Made by a program: the position numbers and the translations under genes. The notes under the pieces are model-generated. The model ran no database searches and was not told the origin of the DNA. It worked only from the letters and a program-made list of their open reading frames with translations. A DNA stretch of 20,000 nucleotides from an uncultured virus (IMG/VR IMGVR_UViG_3300017963_000205) (Duplodnaviria > Heunggongvirae > Uroviricota > Caudoviricetes): IMG/VR virus record IMGVR_UViG_3300017963_000205. One strand, given 5' to 3'. Positions 1 through 9,062 of this stretch are shown here, in pieces; position 1 is the first letter of the stretch; the number at the start of each line of letters is the position of its first letter.

Positions 1-2
1 CC

Positions 3-2819
3 AACGGACCCATCGGGTTCAACGGCGTTACCGGAACGACCGGGCCAACGGGCGTGACCGGCGCTACAGGTTCTGCCGGGGCCCAAGGTGACTTAGGGGT
101 GACCGGCGTCACCGGAGCCACGGGCTCGGGAGGCGCTCAAGGAACAACCGGCGTCACTGGCGTCACTGGAGCAGGAGGCGCTCAAGGAACAACCGGCGTC
201 ACTGGCGTCACTGGAGCAGGAGGCGCTCAAGGAACAACCGGCGTCACCGGAGCCACGGGTTCGGGAGGGGCACAAGGAACAACTGGCATTACCGGCGTGA
301 CCGGCGCCACGGGCTCGGCTGGTAGTCAGGGCGTTACTGGCGCGACCGGACCCACGGGCGCGGGCGTGACTGGCGCGACAGGAGCGACGGGCCCGCAAGG
401 TGATCAAGGAACAACCGGCGTTACAGGCGCTGGAACTGCTGGCGTGACCGGGACAACCGGCGTGACTGGCGCTACGGGCTCTGCAGGATCGCAAGGCGAT
501 CAAGGCCCAACCGGCGTGACGGGTGTTACGGGCGCTACGGGCTCTGCAGGGTCACAAGGTGTCACTGGCGCGACCGGGCCTACGGGCGCGGGCGTGACCG
601 GCGCGACAGGGCCAACCGGAACGCAAGGGGTCACGGGGGCTTCTGGAACTACTGGAGCAACAGGTCCGGCCGGCGGTCCAACCGGCGTAACTGGCGCTAC
701 GGGCGTGACCGGCGTTACCGGGTCGGCAGGTACACAGGGCGTCACCGGCGCTACCGGATCGCAGGGAGACCCTGGCGCACCCGGCTCACCGGGCGCGACA
801 GGTCCAACAGGCGTGACGGGCGCAACGGGTTCGGCGGGCACACAGGGCGTTACCGGCGTCACAGGCTCTCAAGGCGATCCTGGTGCTCCGGGCGCTCCAG
901 GCGCACAAGGAACAACGGGTGTTACCGGCGCAACAGGTTCGGCCGGCTCCCAAGGCGTCACAGGCGTGACGGGCGTGACCGGAAGCCAGGGCGATCCCGG
1001 CACTCCCGGTGCTCCGGGTTCCCAAGGCACTACGGGTGTCACTGGCGCCACGGGAACTGCAGGCTCGCAAGGCACGACCGGTTCGACCGGTGTGACCGGG
1101 AGCACGGGCCCGGCAGGCGGACCCACCGGGGCAACAGGCGTCACTGGCGCGACAGGCCCTGCAGGCTCGCAAGGAGTCACGGGCGCTACCGGCTCGGCAG
1201 GTTCTCAGGGCTCTACCGGCGTCACTGGCGTCACTGGCGTCACTGGCGTTGCGGGCGATCCAGGCATTCCAGGCTCTCCGGGTTCTCCGGGCACGACTGG
1301 CGCTACCGGCGCTACAGGCAATGACGGCGTCACTGGCGTCACCGGTGTCACTGGCGTCACTGGTGTTGCAGGCGATCCGGGCATTCCAGGCTCCCCGGGT
1401 TCTCCGGGCACGACAGGCGTGACCGGCGTGACCGGCGTGACCGGCGTTGCGGGCGATCCAGGTATTCCAGGCTCCCCGGGTTCTCCGGGCACTACAGGCG
1501 CGACTGGGGCGACAGGTCCGGCCGGTTCGCAAGGAACGACTGGCTCGACGGGCGTCACTGGGGCGACAGGGCCGGCTGGAGGCCCAACAGGCGCTACGGG
1601 TGTTACAGGGGCGACAGGTCCTGCTGGCTCGCAGGGTGTGACCGGCGCGACGGGGCCAACCGGCTCTCAAGGCGTTACCGGCGTTACAGGATCGCAAGGT
1701 GATCCTGGCGCTCCGGGTGCTCCAGGCGTGCAAGGAACGACTGGCGTTACGGGCGTTACCGGCGTTACAGGAGCGCAAGGTGATTCTGGCGCTCCGGGTG
1801 CCCCGGGCGTGCAAGGAACGACTGGCGTAACGGGCGTAACGGGCGTTACTGGGTTGCAGGGCGACCCTGGTGCTCCGGGTGCTCCCGGCGTGCAAGGAAC
1901 GACAGGCGTGACCGGAGCCACGGGCGCGCAAGGAACAACTGGCGTCACGGGTGTTACTGGCGTTACGGGCTCTCAAGGCGACCCGGGCGCTCCAGGTGCT
2001 CCTGGCGTGCAGGGAACCACAGGCGTTACAGGCGTTACGGGCGTCACTGGTTCGGCAGGGAATCAAGGTACGACAGGCGTAACAGGGGCAACAGGCCCTG
2101 CAGGTGGACCTACCGGGGTCACAGGCGCGACCGGCGCTACGGGCCCTGCGGGCGCTACGGGTGTTACCGGGGCCACAGGGCCGACGGGCTCTCAAGGCGA
2201 TCCGGGCGCTCCTGGCGCTCCCGGCGTGCAAGGGACGACAGGCGTGACCGGCGCGACAGGACCGGCTGGAGCCACGGGCGTTACGGGGTCGACTGGACCG
2301 TCGGGCGTTACCGGGGCGACAGGCCCAGCGGGCGGTCCGACTGGTGCTACGGGTGTTACGGGCGCAACCGGCCCGGCAGGCTCGGACGGAAGCACAGGAG
2401 CTACGGGGCCGAAGGGAGTTACAGGCGTAACGGGAGCTACCGGCGCAGGCGGGGGATTAAAGAGCGTCACTACCGTCAATGCGTTCACTTACGGCCCCAG
2501 CTCGCCCTACAATATCAGCACGCCCAGCGAGCAGGATGAGATCTTCGAGATCACCAACACCGTCTCGCAAGCGGGCGCCGTTAAGTTGCCCGCTGCCTCC
2601 GCCGGGCAGCGATACACAGTTACGTACAGCGGCGTGATCGCCGGAATCGAAATCCACGTGACGTCCGGCGACTCCATTGTTGTTTTGGGAGTTGGTGGCC
2701 CTTATACGACCAAGGCCACGTGTAGCACGACAGCTTCCTACGTAAAAGCCGTCGTTGAGGCAATCAGCGCCAGCACCTGGCTCTGCGAGGTTACGAACGG
2801 ATCGTGGAGCGGCTCCTGA
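3..2819 (+). CDS. Collagen-like (Gly-X-Thr rich) fibre/surface protein with a ~115 aa C-terminal globular domain; 5' truncated by the window
   Basis: About 800 residues of Gly-X-Y repeats ([18 protein letters not shown]). The frame is open from base 3 ([18 protein letters not shown]...), so the GTG at 54 is not the true start. Non-repetitive, beta-rich-looking C-terminus (...[13 protein letters not shown]...[15 protein letters not shown]), TGA stop. Confidence 0.9.
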   Translation, partial: NGPIGFNGVTGTTGPTGVTGATGSAGAQGDLGVTGVTGATGSGGAQGTTGVTGVTGAGGAQGTTGVTGVTGAGGAQGTTGVTGATGSGGAQGTTGITGVTGATGSAGSQGVTGATGPTGAGVTGATGATGPQGDQGTTGVTGAGTAGVTGTTGVTGATGSAGSQGDQGPTGVTGVTGATGSAGSQGVTGATGPTGAGVTGATGPTGTQGVTGASGTTGATGPAGGPTGVTGATGVTGVTGSAGTQGVTGATGSQGDPGAPGSPGATGPTGVTGATGSAGTQGVTGVTGSQGDPGAPGAPGAQGTTGVTGATGSAGSQGVTGVTGVTGSQGDPGTPGAPGSQGTTGVTGATGTAGSQGTTGSTGVTGSTGPAGGPTGATGVTGATGPAGSQGVTGATGSAGSQGSTGVTGVTGVTGVAGDPGIPGSPGSPGTTGATGATGNDGVTGVTGVTGVTGVAGDPGIPGSPGSPGTTGVTGVTGVTGVAGDPGIPGSPGSPGTTGATGATGPAGSQGTTGSTGVTGATGPAGGPTGATGVTGATGPAGSQGVTGATGPTGSQGVTGVTGSQGDPGAPGAPGVQGTTGVTGVTGVTGAQGDSGAPGAPGVQGTTGVTGVTGVTGLQGDPGAPGAPGVQGTTGVTGATGAQGTTGVTGVTGVTGSQGDPGAPGAPGVQGTTGVTGVTGVTGSAGNQGTTGVTGATGPAGGPTGVTGATGATGPAGATGVTGATGPTGSQGDPGAPGAPGVQGTTGVTGATGPAGATGVTGSTGPSGVTGATGPAGGPTGATGVTGATGPAGSDGSTGATGPKGVTGVTGATGAGGGLKSVTTVNAFTYGPSSPYNISTPSEQDEIFEITNTVSQAGAVKLPAASAGQRYTVTYSGVIAGIEIHVTSGDSIVVLGVGGPYTTKATCSTTASYVKAVVEAISASTWLCEVTNGSWSGS
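129..247 (+). repeat. Exact 45-bp tandem repeat (about 2.6 copies) inside the collagen gene
   Basis: GGAGGCGCTCAAGGAACAACCGGCGTCACTGGCGTCACTGGAGCA starts at 129 and 174, with a partial copy at 219. Confidence 0.9.
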
Positions 2820-2838
2820 TTCAAAAGCAGTCTGGCTT

Positions 2839-2867
2839 AAAAACGCGGCCTTCGGGCCGCGTTTTTT
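2839..2867 (+). terminator. Intrinsic terminator, probably bidirectional
   Basis: AAAAA-CGCGGCC-TTCG-GGCCGCG-TTTTTT: 7-bp GC stem, cUUCGg tetraloop, U-tract on both strands, 20 nt after the collagen stop. Confidence 0.93.
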
Positions 2868-2883
2868 ATTGGGGGAAATTACG

Positions 2884-3132
2884 ATGACCCTGAAGGAATT
2901 GGTCAAGATCGCATCTGAGGCGTACCCGGACGATTTGGTTCAGCAGTATCACGACAGTGAAGGCGGCGGGGACACGCTCGCCGAGTTCATCGCTCGTGAG
3001 CTGTCGGACACGTTTGATGAGAAGGCTTCCGACGCCGAACAGCTCGAAGAGGCCCTTCGCGCCATGAGCACCGCTCACAGGGAACTGGGTAACGTCGTGA
3101 CCGCATTGGAGGAACATGATGGTCGAGGTTGA
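2884..3132 (+). CDS. Hypothetical acidic helical protein (82 aa)
   Basis: ATG 2884 follows a purine-rich GGGGGA. The track start at 2755 would cross the terminator. The stop overlaps the start of the next gene. Confidence 0.75.
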   Translation: MTLKELVKIASEAYPDDLVQQYHDSEGGGDTLAEFIARELSDTFDEKASDAEQLEEALRAMSTAHRELGNVVTALEEHDGRG

Positions 3133-3688
3133 TGCCGCCACGGGCGGCGCCTACGAGAAAATCGGCGCCTTCATTGTGGCGCTTGGCAGGGAAGACTCCT
3201 CCGGCCTCCGGCGAGCCCTCTTTGAGAAACTGGAGTTGAACGACTATGAGGGTTTCTACGCGCTGGTGTCTGTGGGAGAGGACTCCTTCAAAACGTTGCG
3301 GCAGATCTGCGGCTTTGAGGTAGAGCAGACAGCTGTCACGCTGGAGGTTTCGCCGAACCCGGAAGGCCCCCGGTTTTTGAACTTCGTGGTCAAGGAGTAC
3401 ATCGGAGCCGAAGTCTACCTCAAGGACGAGGAGCGCGGACTGGTCGTGGCGAAAAACTACGAGGATCTGCAGGAAGGCACGGAGATCTTTGTGCCGGCCC
3501 TATTCGGCGGGTACTATAAGCTCCTGATACTCGACATCGACGACACCAAGAAGGTTGCAGGGGCGGCCTCCACCAAGGAGGAGACGGGCACGGCCGCAAC
3601 GCTCGAATACGACAAGGACGACCGTCACTGCTGGGTGGCGAACGGCATCTTCAATATGGATGCCATGAAGAGGTTGGATTTTCGCTAG
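3116..3688 (+). CDS. Hypothetical protein (190 aa), TAG stop
   Basis: GGAGG upstream of the ATG; protein-like composition; the TAG overlaps the AGGAGG SD of the next gene. Confidence 0.75.
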   Translation: MMVEVDAATGGAYEKIGAFIVALGREDSSGLRRALFEKLELNDYEGFYALVSVGEDSFKTLRQICGFEVEQTAVTLEVSPNPEGPRFLNFVVKEYIGAEVYLKDEERGLVVAKNYEDLQEGTEIFVPALFGGYYKLLILDIDDTKKVAGAASTKEETGTAATLEYDKDDRHCWVANGIFNMDAMKRLDFR

Positions 3689-3696
3689 GAGGCTTC

Positions 3697-4395
3697 ATGC
3701 CCGATTACTTCCTTTGCACGGGACCAGGACGAACGGCCACGCGCTGGCTGGCCCAGTATCTCGACAAAGCGACGAAGGCCAACGTCATGCATGACGAGTT
3801 TTTGCCGATCAACTTCGAGAGTTCCATGCGCCGCTGGAAAAGGGCGTCCATTCCGAAGATCGGCACTGTCAGCGGCGCGGCGCGTTATCATATCCCGCAG
3901 CTGTGGACCGCATTCAAGCCCGTTGTGGTGTTTCTCTGGCGTGAGCCTTTTGGGTTAATCAAGTCCCATGTGGAGATTCAGCTTCGCACGGGAAACACGC
4001 CGCGCGTCAACGAGACAGGCCACCGGCAGCCGCCGGGCTACGAGACGCTCGACATGCTCGTCCGGCGGACCGCTCAGATCCTTTTGGGCGATCTGGAAGC
4101 CTCGATCGGTATCTGCAAGTACCACAATATCCCCCATAATCACGTCTCGATGGAGGATTTCCTGACGCCGGCAGGCGCTGCCGCGCTAGCACGCATGGTT
4201 GGCGTCAAGCCGCCGAGTTACACGGAGATGGTGGTCAACAAGACACCGGATGCCGACCGAATCCCTCACCAGGATTGGTGGGAGGAACGAACGAGATCAC
4301 GCATCATGGCCCTGGTCAATTCGCTCGTGAACGTGCGGGAGGGCTATGACAAGGCGAAGCAGTGGGGAAGTTCCCTGGAGAAAGCAAGTGAATGA
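3697..4395 (+). CDS. Sulfotransferase-like P-loop-fold protein
   Basis: N-terminal FLCTGPGRTATRWLAQYL matches the 5'-PSB loop pattern (GxxRSGTxxL), and VVFLWREP matches the 3'-PB pattern (hhhhRxP). SD AGGAGG. Confidence 0.6.
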   Translation: MPDYFLCTGPGRTATRWLAQYLDKATKANVMHDEFLPINFESSMRRWKRASIPKIGTVSGAARYHIPQLWTAFKPVVVFLWREPFGLIKSHVEIQLRTGNTPRVNETGHRQPPGYETLDMLVRRTAQILLGDLEASIGICKYHNIPHNHVSMEDFLTPAGAAALARMVGVKPPSYTEMVVNKTPDADRIPHQDWWEERTRSRIMALVNSLVNVREGYDKAKQWGSSLEKASE

Positions 4396-4744
4396 GACTC
4401 GTTCAACCCTATCCCAGATGAAAGAGCGGGCGAGGCAGGCAGCCGAATACAGGGCGAACCAAACGCCCGATCCCGAGGAAGACATTCCCAGCGAGGTGCC
4501 CGAGGGGTCCTTGCGCGGTGCTGCTGGCGAACTGAGCGTTCGCGCTCGCTCGCTCACTCAGATCGCGCATGAGCTGGAGGAGCGGCTGGGGGCTGTTTTG
4601 GCAGATCCCCGCCCAGCGGAGACTGCGAAGGGGACAGAACCTTGCGGGCAGTGCGGGCTTGCCACGGAGCTGTTGCGTACGTCCCAGAAGTTTGGCCACG
4701 TGGAAGACAAGCTGACTGAGCTTTTGGAGCGGCTTGGAATATGA
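4388..4744 (+). CDS. Hypothetical coiled-coil protein
   Basis: GTG at 4388 after GGAG overlaps the upstream stop (start uncertain; ATG 4418 is an alternative). Heptad-like helices. Confidence 0.65.
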   Translation: MNETRSTLSQMKERARQAAEYRANQTPDPEEDIPSEVPEGSLRGAAGELSVRARSLTQIAHELEERLGAVLADPRPAETAKGTEPCGQCGLATELLRTSQKFGHVEDKLTELLERLGI

Positions 4745-4920
4745 TGCGCCAGATCCCCACGTTATCAGACGCGGAGCTGGCCCGACGACTGCCTCGTGGT
4801 TTCACGTGGGAGCATGTGAACTCCTTCATGACCGATTTCTACAGCCCGGCCGGAAACCGCATTCTCAGGATCGTTTACGCGCGAAATCGGAAGCTCGCGC
4901 TGTTTGTGGAGGCAAGATGA
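4741..4920 (+). CDS. Small hypothetical protein (59 aa, MMRQIPTLSDAELARRLPRGFTWEHVNSF...ALFVEAR), not in the ORF track
   Basis: Exactly fills the gap between neighbours, with ATGA start/stop overlaps at both ends (4741-4744 and 4917-4920). Confidence 0.7.
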   Translation: MMRQIPTLSDAELARRLPRGFTWEHVNSFMTDFYSPAGNRILRIVYARNRKLALFVEAR

Positions 4921-6029
4921 GAATCGCATTTGCAGCAGATCTGCACCTGCACCCGCACGCTTGGGCTTCGATGCCCGAGGTCCACGGCGACGCCTACCGG
5001 GCGTTCGACCAGATCGTGGATTTTTGCGTGCAGACCAGTGACGTCCACGCGCTCATTCTGGGCGGGGACGTTTTCGACACGAGCCCGCCGGCCGATGCGG
5101 TTCAGCACTTTCTGGCCGGTTTGGAGCGTCTCAAGCGAGGGCGCGTCCTGGTTTATGCCGTTCAAGGCCAACACGGGCGCTCCAACCCGCCGTGGACGGC
5201 GATCGATCCCTACATCGTCCATTTGCAGGGGCAGCCAATCACGACACTCGAAGGCGTGTGCTTCACCGGCTTCGATCAGGACACGCCCGTCGAGATCAAG
5301 CGCAAACTCGAAGAGCTGGACCCCGGCGTCAACATGCTGATCCTCCATCAGCTGTGTCGGGGGACCGTGCCGGACATCAGCGACCAACAAACGTGGGATC
5401 TGGACCCGGAATGGGTGCCGGAGCACGTGAAGCTGGTGCTGCTGGGCGATTACCACATGCTTTGGGAGCAGCGGAACAGCAAGGGCACGCAGTTCTGCTA
5501 TCCGGGCTCCACGGCCGTCCAGGCCATCGACGAACCGGATCAGAAGCATTTCTTTTCCATCCTCGTCGACGGCCCGGGGCAGTTTCAGGTGGAGCGGGTG
5601 GACATTCGGGGCCGTGTTTACACCCGGATGGTCATCCAGGTGTCGGAGGCGCTGGAGAGCGCGCTCACGTACATCCAGCAGCGCTCGCCCGATGAGGTGG
5701 TTCACATCAAGTACAACACGGACCTGCCGGACGTGGAGAAGCGGTTCCGTGAGATCAACGACGGCGTGCACTTCATGTTCCGGCCGCTGCCGAAGCAACT
5801 GGTCAGTGATCAGGCGAGCATTGATGTAAGCAAACTCAAGAAGATTTCCCTGGAAGGCTGTCTTGGGATGGCCATCGACCGGGAGAAGGAACCGGAGGCT
5901 CACGCTCTGACGCTCCGGCTCCTCAAGGCTGAGGACCCGCGCGTTGCGTTGGCCGAAGCCAGGGAGCACTTTCTAAACCCGGAACCGGTCGCGCAGCCGG
6001 CCATTCCTGACGACGAGGTCCCTTTCTGA
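4917..6029 (+). CDS. sbcD: SbcD/Mre11-like metallophosphoesterase nuclease
   Basis: Motifs ADLH, GGDVFD, GQH (GNH variant), ILHQ, LGDYH, YPGS. The real start is ATG 4917 (MRIAFAADLH) after GGAGG; an SbcC-like gene lies downstream. Confidence 0.88.
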   Translation: MRIAFAADLHLHPHAWASMPEVHGDAYRAFDQIVDFCVQTSDVHALILGGDVFDTSPPADAVQHFLAGLERLKRGRVLVYAVQGQHGRSNPPWTAIDPYIVHLQGQPITTLEGVCFTGFDQDTPVEIKRKLEELDPGVNMLILHQLCRGTVPDISDQQTWDLDPEWVPEHVKLVLLGDYHMLWEQRNSKGTQFCYPGSTAVQAIDEPDQKHFFSILVDGPGQFQVERVDIRGRVYTRMVIQVSEALESALTYIQQRSPDEVVHIKYNTDLPDVEKRFREINDGVHFMFRPLPKQLVSDQASIDVSKLKKISLEGCLGMAIDREKEPEAHALTLRLLKAEDPRVALAEAREHFLNPEPVAQPAIPDDEVPF

Positions 6030-6952
6030 TGCCCGATAAACCGTTCAAGGACGCGCTTATTGAGATCGTCAATCAGGCGCAAACTTCGGGGGAATTCTTC
6101 CGTTTGGTGTGGAAGGCGTTCCCAGACTGGAGAGGCACGGCGCTTCTGCCGTTTCAGGATGCCCTTTGCAAAGAAGTTCACCTCGAAGGAAATCGGTGCC
6201 CTTTGTGCGATATTCTGCAGGTGCTTCGCCCGAACGGGTGGGAGCTAACGCTGGGGAAGACACTCATTTGTATCGCCGAGACCTTCATGGAAAAGGGGGA
6301 GTTGATCAAACCCAACGCTGACTTGCCCAAGCATCTGAACCGCCATCGTGGCTATCATGTTCTCCGCTATATGGGGCACCTTATTGCGCAACCTGCCTCG
6401 TGTGACCTGGAAAACGAAAGCACCAAGGAGGCCAAAAAGGGAAACTGGGCTCCTACCGTGGACGGTCTGGAGTTTTTGTATATGGACGATCCGTCACCGC
6501 GCTCGGTGTACGTCTTGAAGCGCGCGGTTTTGGGCGTTAGTCAGATGGGGGAGGCGGAACGAAGCAAGTGTGGCGGGGAGGTTCCGGCTGACGACGTTGT
6601 TTCTGTTGGAGACGTCATGCGGATGAAGGGCTTTGACATTTCTGCCGTGCGTGCCATGAACATCACGGACCCCGGAGCCTGGTCGAATTTTTGGGAGACT
6701 CCGACCCTTCCTAAGCGGGCGCTGGGATGGAAGGGCGCCAAAAAAGCCTGGCTTCTTTTCTGGTCCCAACATGTTAACAAGCACGGCGGATGGAAACTGA
6801 TCATGGATATTCGCAGGCAGCAGGGACAGTGGGCGGCCGATAACTTCGAGGCGGAATTTGCTAAGGCGCTCGATTGGCGGGAGCGCTTCTACCCTTTGTG
6901 GAAATCTCTCAAGGAAAGGGGCGTAGACTTCTACGGCACAAATGAGAATTGA
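6029..6952 (+). CDS. Hypothetical protein with a CxxC (RCPLC), inserted between sbcD and sbcC
   Basis: 307 aa ORF, TGATG-coupled to sbcD and overlapping the sbcC start. No recognised catalytic motif. Confidence 0.75.
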   Translation: MPDKPFKDALIEIVNQAQTSGEFFRLVWKAFPDWRGTALLPFQDALCKEVHLEGNRCPLCDILQVLRPNGWELTLGKTLICIAETFMEKGELIKPNADLPKHLNRHRGYHVLRYMGHLIAQPASCDLENESTKEAKKGNWAPTVDGLEFLYMDDPSPRSVYVLKRAVLGVSQMGEAERSKCGGEVPADDVVSVGDVMRMKGFDISAVRAMNITDPGAWSNFWETPTLPKRALGWKGAKKAWLLFWSQHVNKHGGWKLIMDIRRQQGQWAADNFEAEFAKALDWRERFYPLWKSLKERGVDFYGTNEN

Positions 6953-9062
6953 CACCGTAAGTCTGACGAACTTCTGTCAGCATCCCCAACGCAGCGACGA
7001 ACTCGGGCCTGGCGTCATTGGGATCATCGGTCCCAATGGCGCCGGCAAATCCAATTACGTGAAGGCCATATTGCGAGCACTCACCGGCTCTTCGGGCAAT
7101 CCGGGCCGCAAGGAGGAAGACGTTTCCTGGGGTCAGGACAAGGGCGTCGTGGAGGTCGGGTTTACCGTTAACGGTCATTCCGGCTCGGTCCGGCGACAGT
7201 TGGCCAGCTCAAGCTGTCTGTTGAAGTACGGCGAGGAGACCGTTCGCACCGCGCGCGAAGTCGACCGCAAGATGGAGTCGCTGATTGGCGTGGACAAGCA
7301 CGTGCTCACGGACATGGTCTTCGTGCAGCAGGGCGCCATCGAGGGCATCCTCTTCCAGCGGCCCTCCGAGCGGGCCAAGGCGCTCCAGAACTTGTTTGGG
7401 ACCGCCTCGGCCGAAGCCTTGCGGGGGCTGTTGCTGGACGAGATCAACCACACGCACATCGAAAGCCGTTCGGAGCCGATCGACCGGTTGGAGAAGATGA
7501 TCGGGGATGCCGACGCCCGACTGGCCGAGATTGACGCACGGATTGCGGCCTACCCGCCGGCGGATGTCACCAACATCGAGAGGCTGCGCAGGAACATCAC
7601 CGAGTACAGGGCGCGTCTTCAGGCCACGGAGAACCTCCGTGAGGTCGAGAAACGCTTTGCTGCCAGTCGGGAGGAACTTTCAGGAATCCATTCCCAATTG
7701 TCGAAGCAGACATCCGACAGGGACATCATGAAGCGGGTCGTGGACGACGCCCGGTCCGACTACGAAGCCTCCCAGAAACGTGTGCAAGCCGAACAGACGT
7801 TTCAGTACAAGTTGTCCAGACGCGCCGAGCTTCTGCAGGAGAAGGCGGACTTGGAAGCTGCGCTGAAGCAGCCCGAACCACAGTGCGACGTCGACAAGGA
7901 GAAGCTGGACGAGCTGCGAGCACACTGCGAGGAGCTTCGAGCCTCCGTGAACGCCAGCCACAAGATCATCGGGCTGGCTGGGGCACTTGGCAGCGAAAAG
8001 GCGGTTTGCCCCACGTGCGACCAGCCCATAACCGAGGCGCACGTCGACAGCCACAAACTCAAGCTGGCCTCGGAGGAGCCGCAGCTGGGAATGTACGACA
8101 AAGACGTGCAGACCCGGGAAGCGGAGATCGAGAGCCATCGGGTAGCACACTTCAACTGGTGCGCGTCGCAGTACAACGCCAAGAAGGATGCTCAGCGCGT
8201 CGAGGAGGGTCTGAAGGCGCTTGGTGAGATCAAAGAGGCCGATGCCGACATTTCCAAGGACGTGAGTCTGATCAACGACTTCCAGAAGGCTGAGAAACTC
8301 CTTCAGGAGGCTGAGGTTGCGTTAAGCGGCCTGCAGGCCAGGTTCGACCAGCTGGACAGCCAGCAGGACCAGTTCATGGGGCAAATCAATGACCTGCGCA
8401 AGCAGGCCGGCGAGGAGCCGCTTCCAGACATTGCCAAGTTAGAGGAGGAACTGCGCTCGCTGGAAGAGACGCGCGAGGCCATCTCCCGTCTTCACGGGGA
8501 GAAGGTCGAGCTGGAACGCAACCGGACCGTCAACAAGCAGCAGTTGGAGATCTACCATCAGGAAGAGGCCGCCTTGAGCCAGTTGAAGGGGTGGCGGGAA
8601 CTGATGGAGCGCGTGCGCATGGTTCTTCATCGGGACCAGCTTCCGAACATCGTCGCTCAGGCATATCTGGGGGCGCTGAACAAGAAACTGGCCGAGTACC
8701 TGGCCATCTTCGAGAGCCCCTTCATGGCGCAACTGAAGACGGACATCTCAATCGAGTGCCAGTTCCCGGGTGGACACATTGCTGCGGCGGAGAGGCTGTC
8801 GGGCGGCCAGAAGGTGATGCTGGGCATCGCGTTTCGGTTCGCCATCTACGATCTCTTTGCCGAGAACCTGGGATTCATGGTTCTCGACGAGCCAACGGTG
8901 TATCTCGACACGGACCACGTGGAATCCGTGTTCACGCTGTTGGAAAGGGTGAAGAGTTATTCGGCCACGGCCGGTCTGCAGCTGATCATTCCCACGCACG
9001 AGGCGCGGCTGGCCGGGGTCCTTGATAAGGTGATCAGGCTTGGACTACCTGCTGCAGTGTGA
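6942..9062 (+). CDS. sbcC: SbcC/Rad50-like SMC ATPase
   Basis: Walker A GPNGAGKS, Q-loop FVQQG, coiled coils around a central zinc hook CPTC, signature LSGGQ, Walker B MVLDEPT, D-loop LD, H-switch PTH. Confidence 0.95.
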   Translation: MRIDTVSLTNFCQHPQRSDELGPGVIGIIGPNGAGKSNYVKAILRALTGSSGNPGRKEEDVSWGQDKGVVEVGFTVNGHSGSVRRQLASSSCLLKYGEETVRTAREVDRKMESLIGVDKHVLTDMVFVQQGAIEGILFQRPSERAKALQNLFGTASAEALRGLLLDEINHTHIESRSEPIDRLEKMIGDADARLAEIDARIAAYPPADVTNIERLRRNITEYRARLQATENLREVEKRFAASREELSGIHSQLSKQTSDRDIMKRVVDDARSDYEASQKRVQAEQTFQYKLSRRAELLQEKADLEAALKQPEPQCDVDKEKLDELRAHCEELRASVNASHKIIGLAGALGSEKAVCPTCDQPITEAHVDSHKLKLASEEPQLGMYDKDVQTREAEIESHRVAHFNWCASQYNAKKDAQRVEEGLKALGEIKEADADISKDVSLINDFQKAEKLLQEAEVALSGLQARFDQLDSQQDQFMGQINDLRKQAGEEPLPDIAKLEEELRSLEETREAISRLHGEKVELERNRTVNKQQLEIYHQEEAALSQLKGWRELMERVRMVLHRDQLPNIVAQAYLGALNKKLAEYLAIFESPFMAQLKTDISIECQFPGGHIAAAERLSGGQKVMLGIAFRFAIYDLFAENLGFMVLDEPTVYLDTDHVESVFTLLERVKSYSATAGLQLIIPTHEARLAGVLDKVIRLGLPAAV

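Noticed and set aside
129..2460. Repeats as a CRISPR or TIGR-like array
   Set aside because: They are in-frame coding repeats with synonymous variation and no repeat-spacer alternation.
93..2488. Many minus-strand ORFs over the collagen gene (PVTPV/PVAPV and Arg/Cys-rich frames)
   Set aside because: Antisense shadows of the Gly-X-Y codon repeat; no independent start signals or domains.
3686..3958. Window-wide TAG reassignment (genetic code 15)
   Set aside because: Reading through the TAG at 3686 adds 90 codons overlapping the sulfotransferase-like gene out of frame, and no large gene here contains an internal TAG. TAG still seems to act as a stop, though other parts of the genome cannot be judged.
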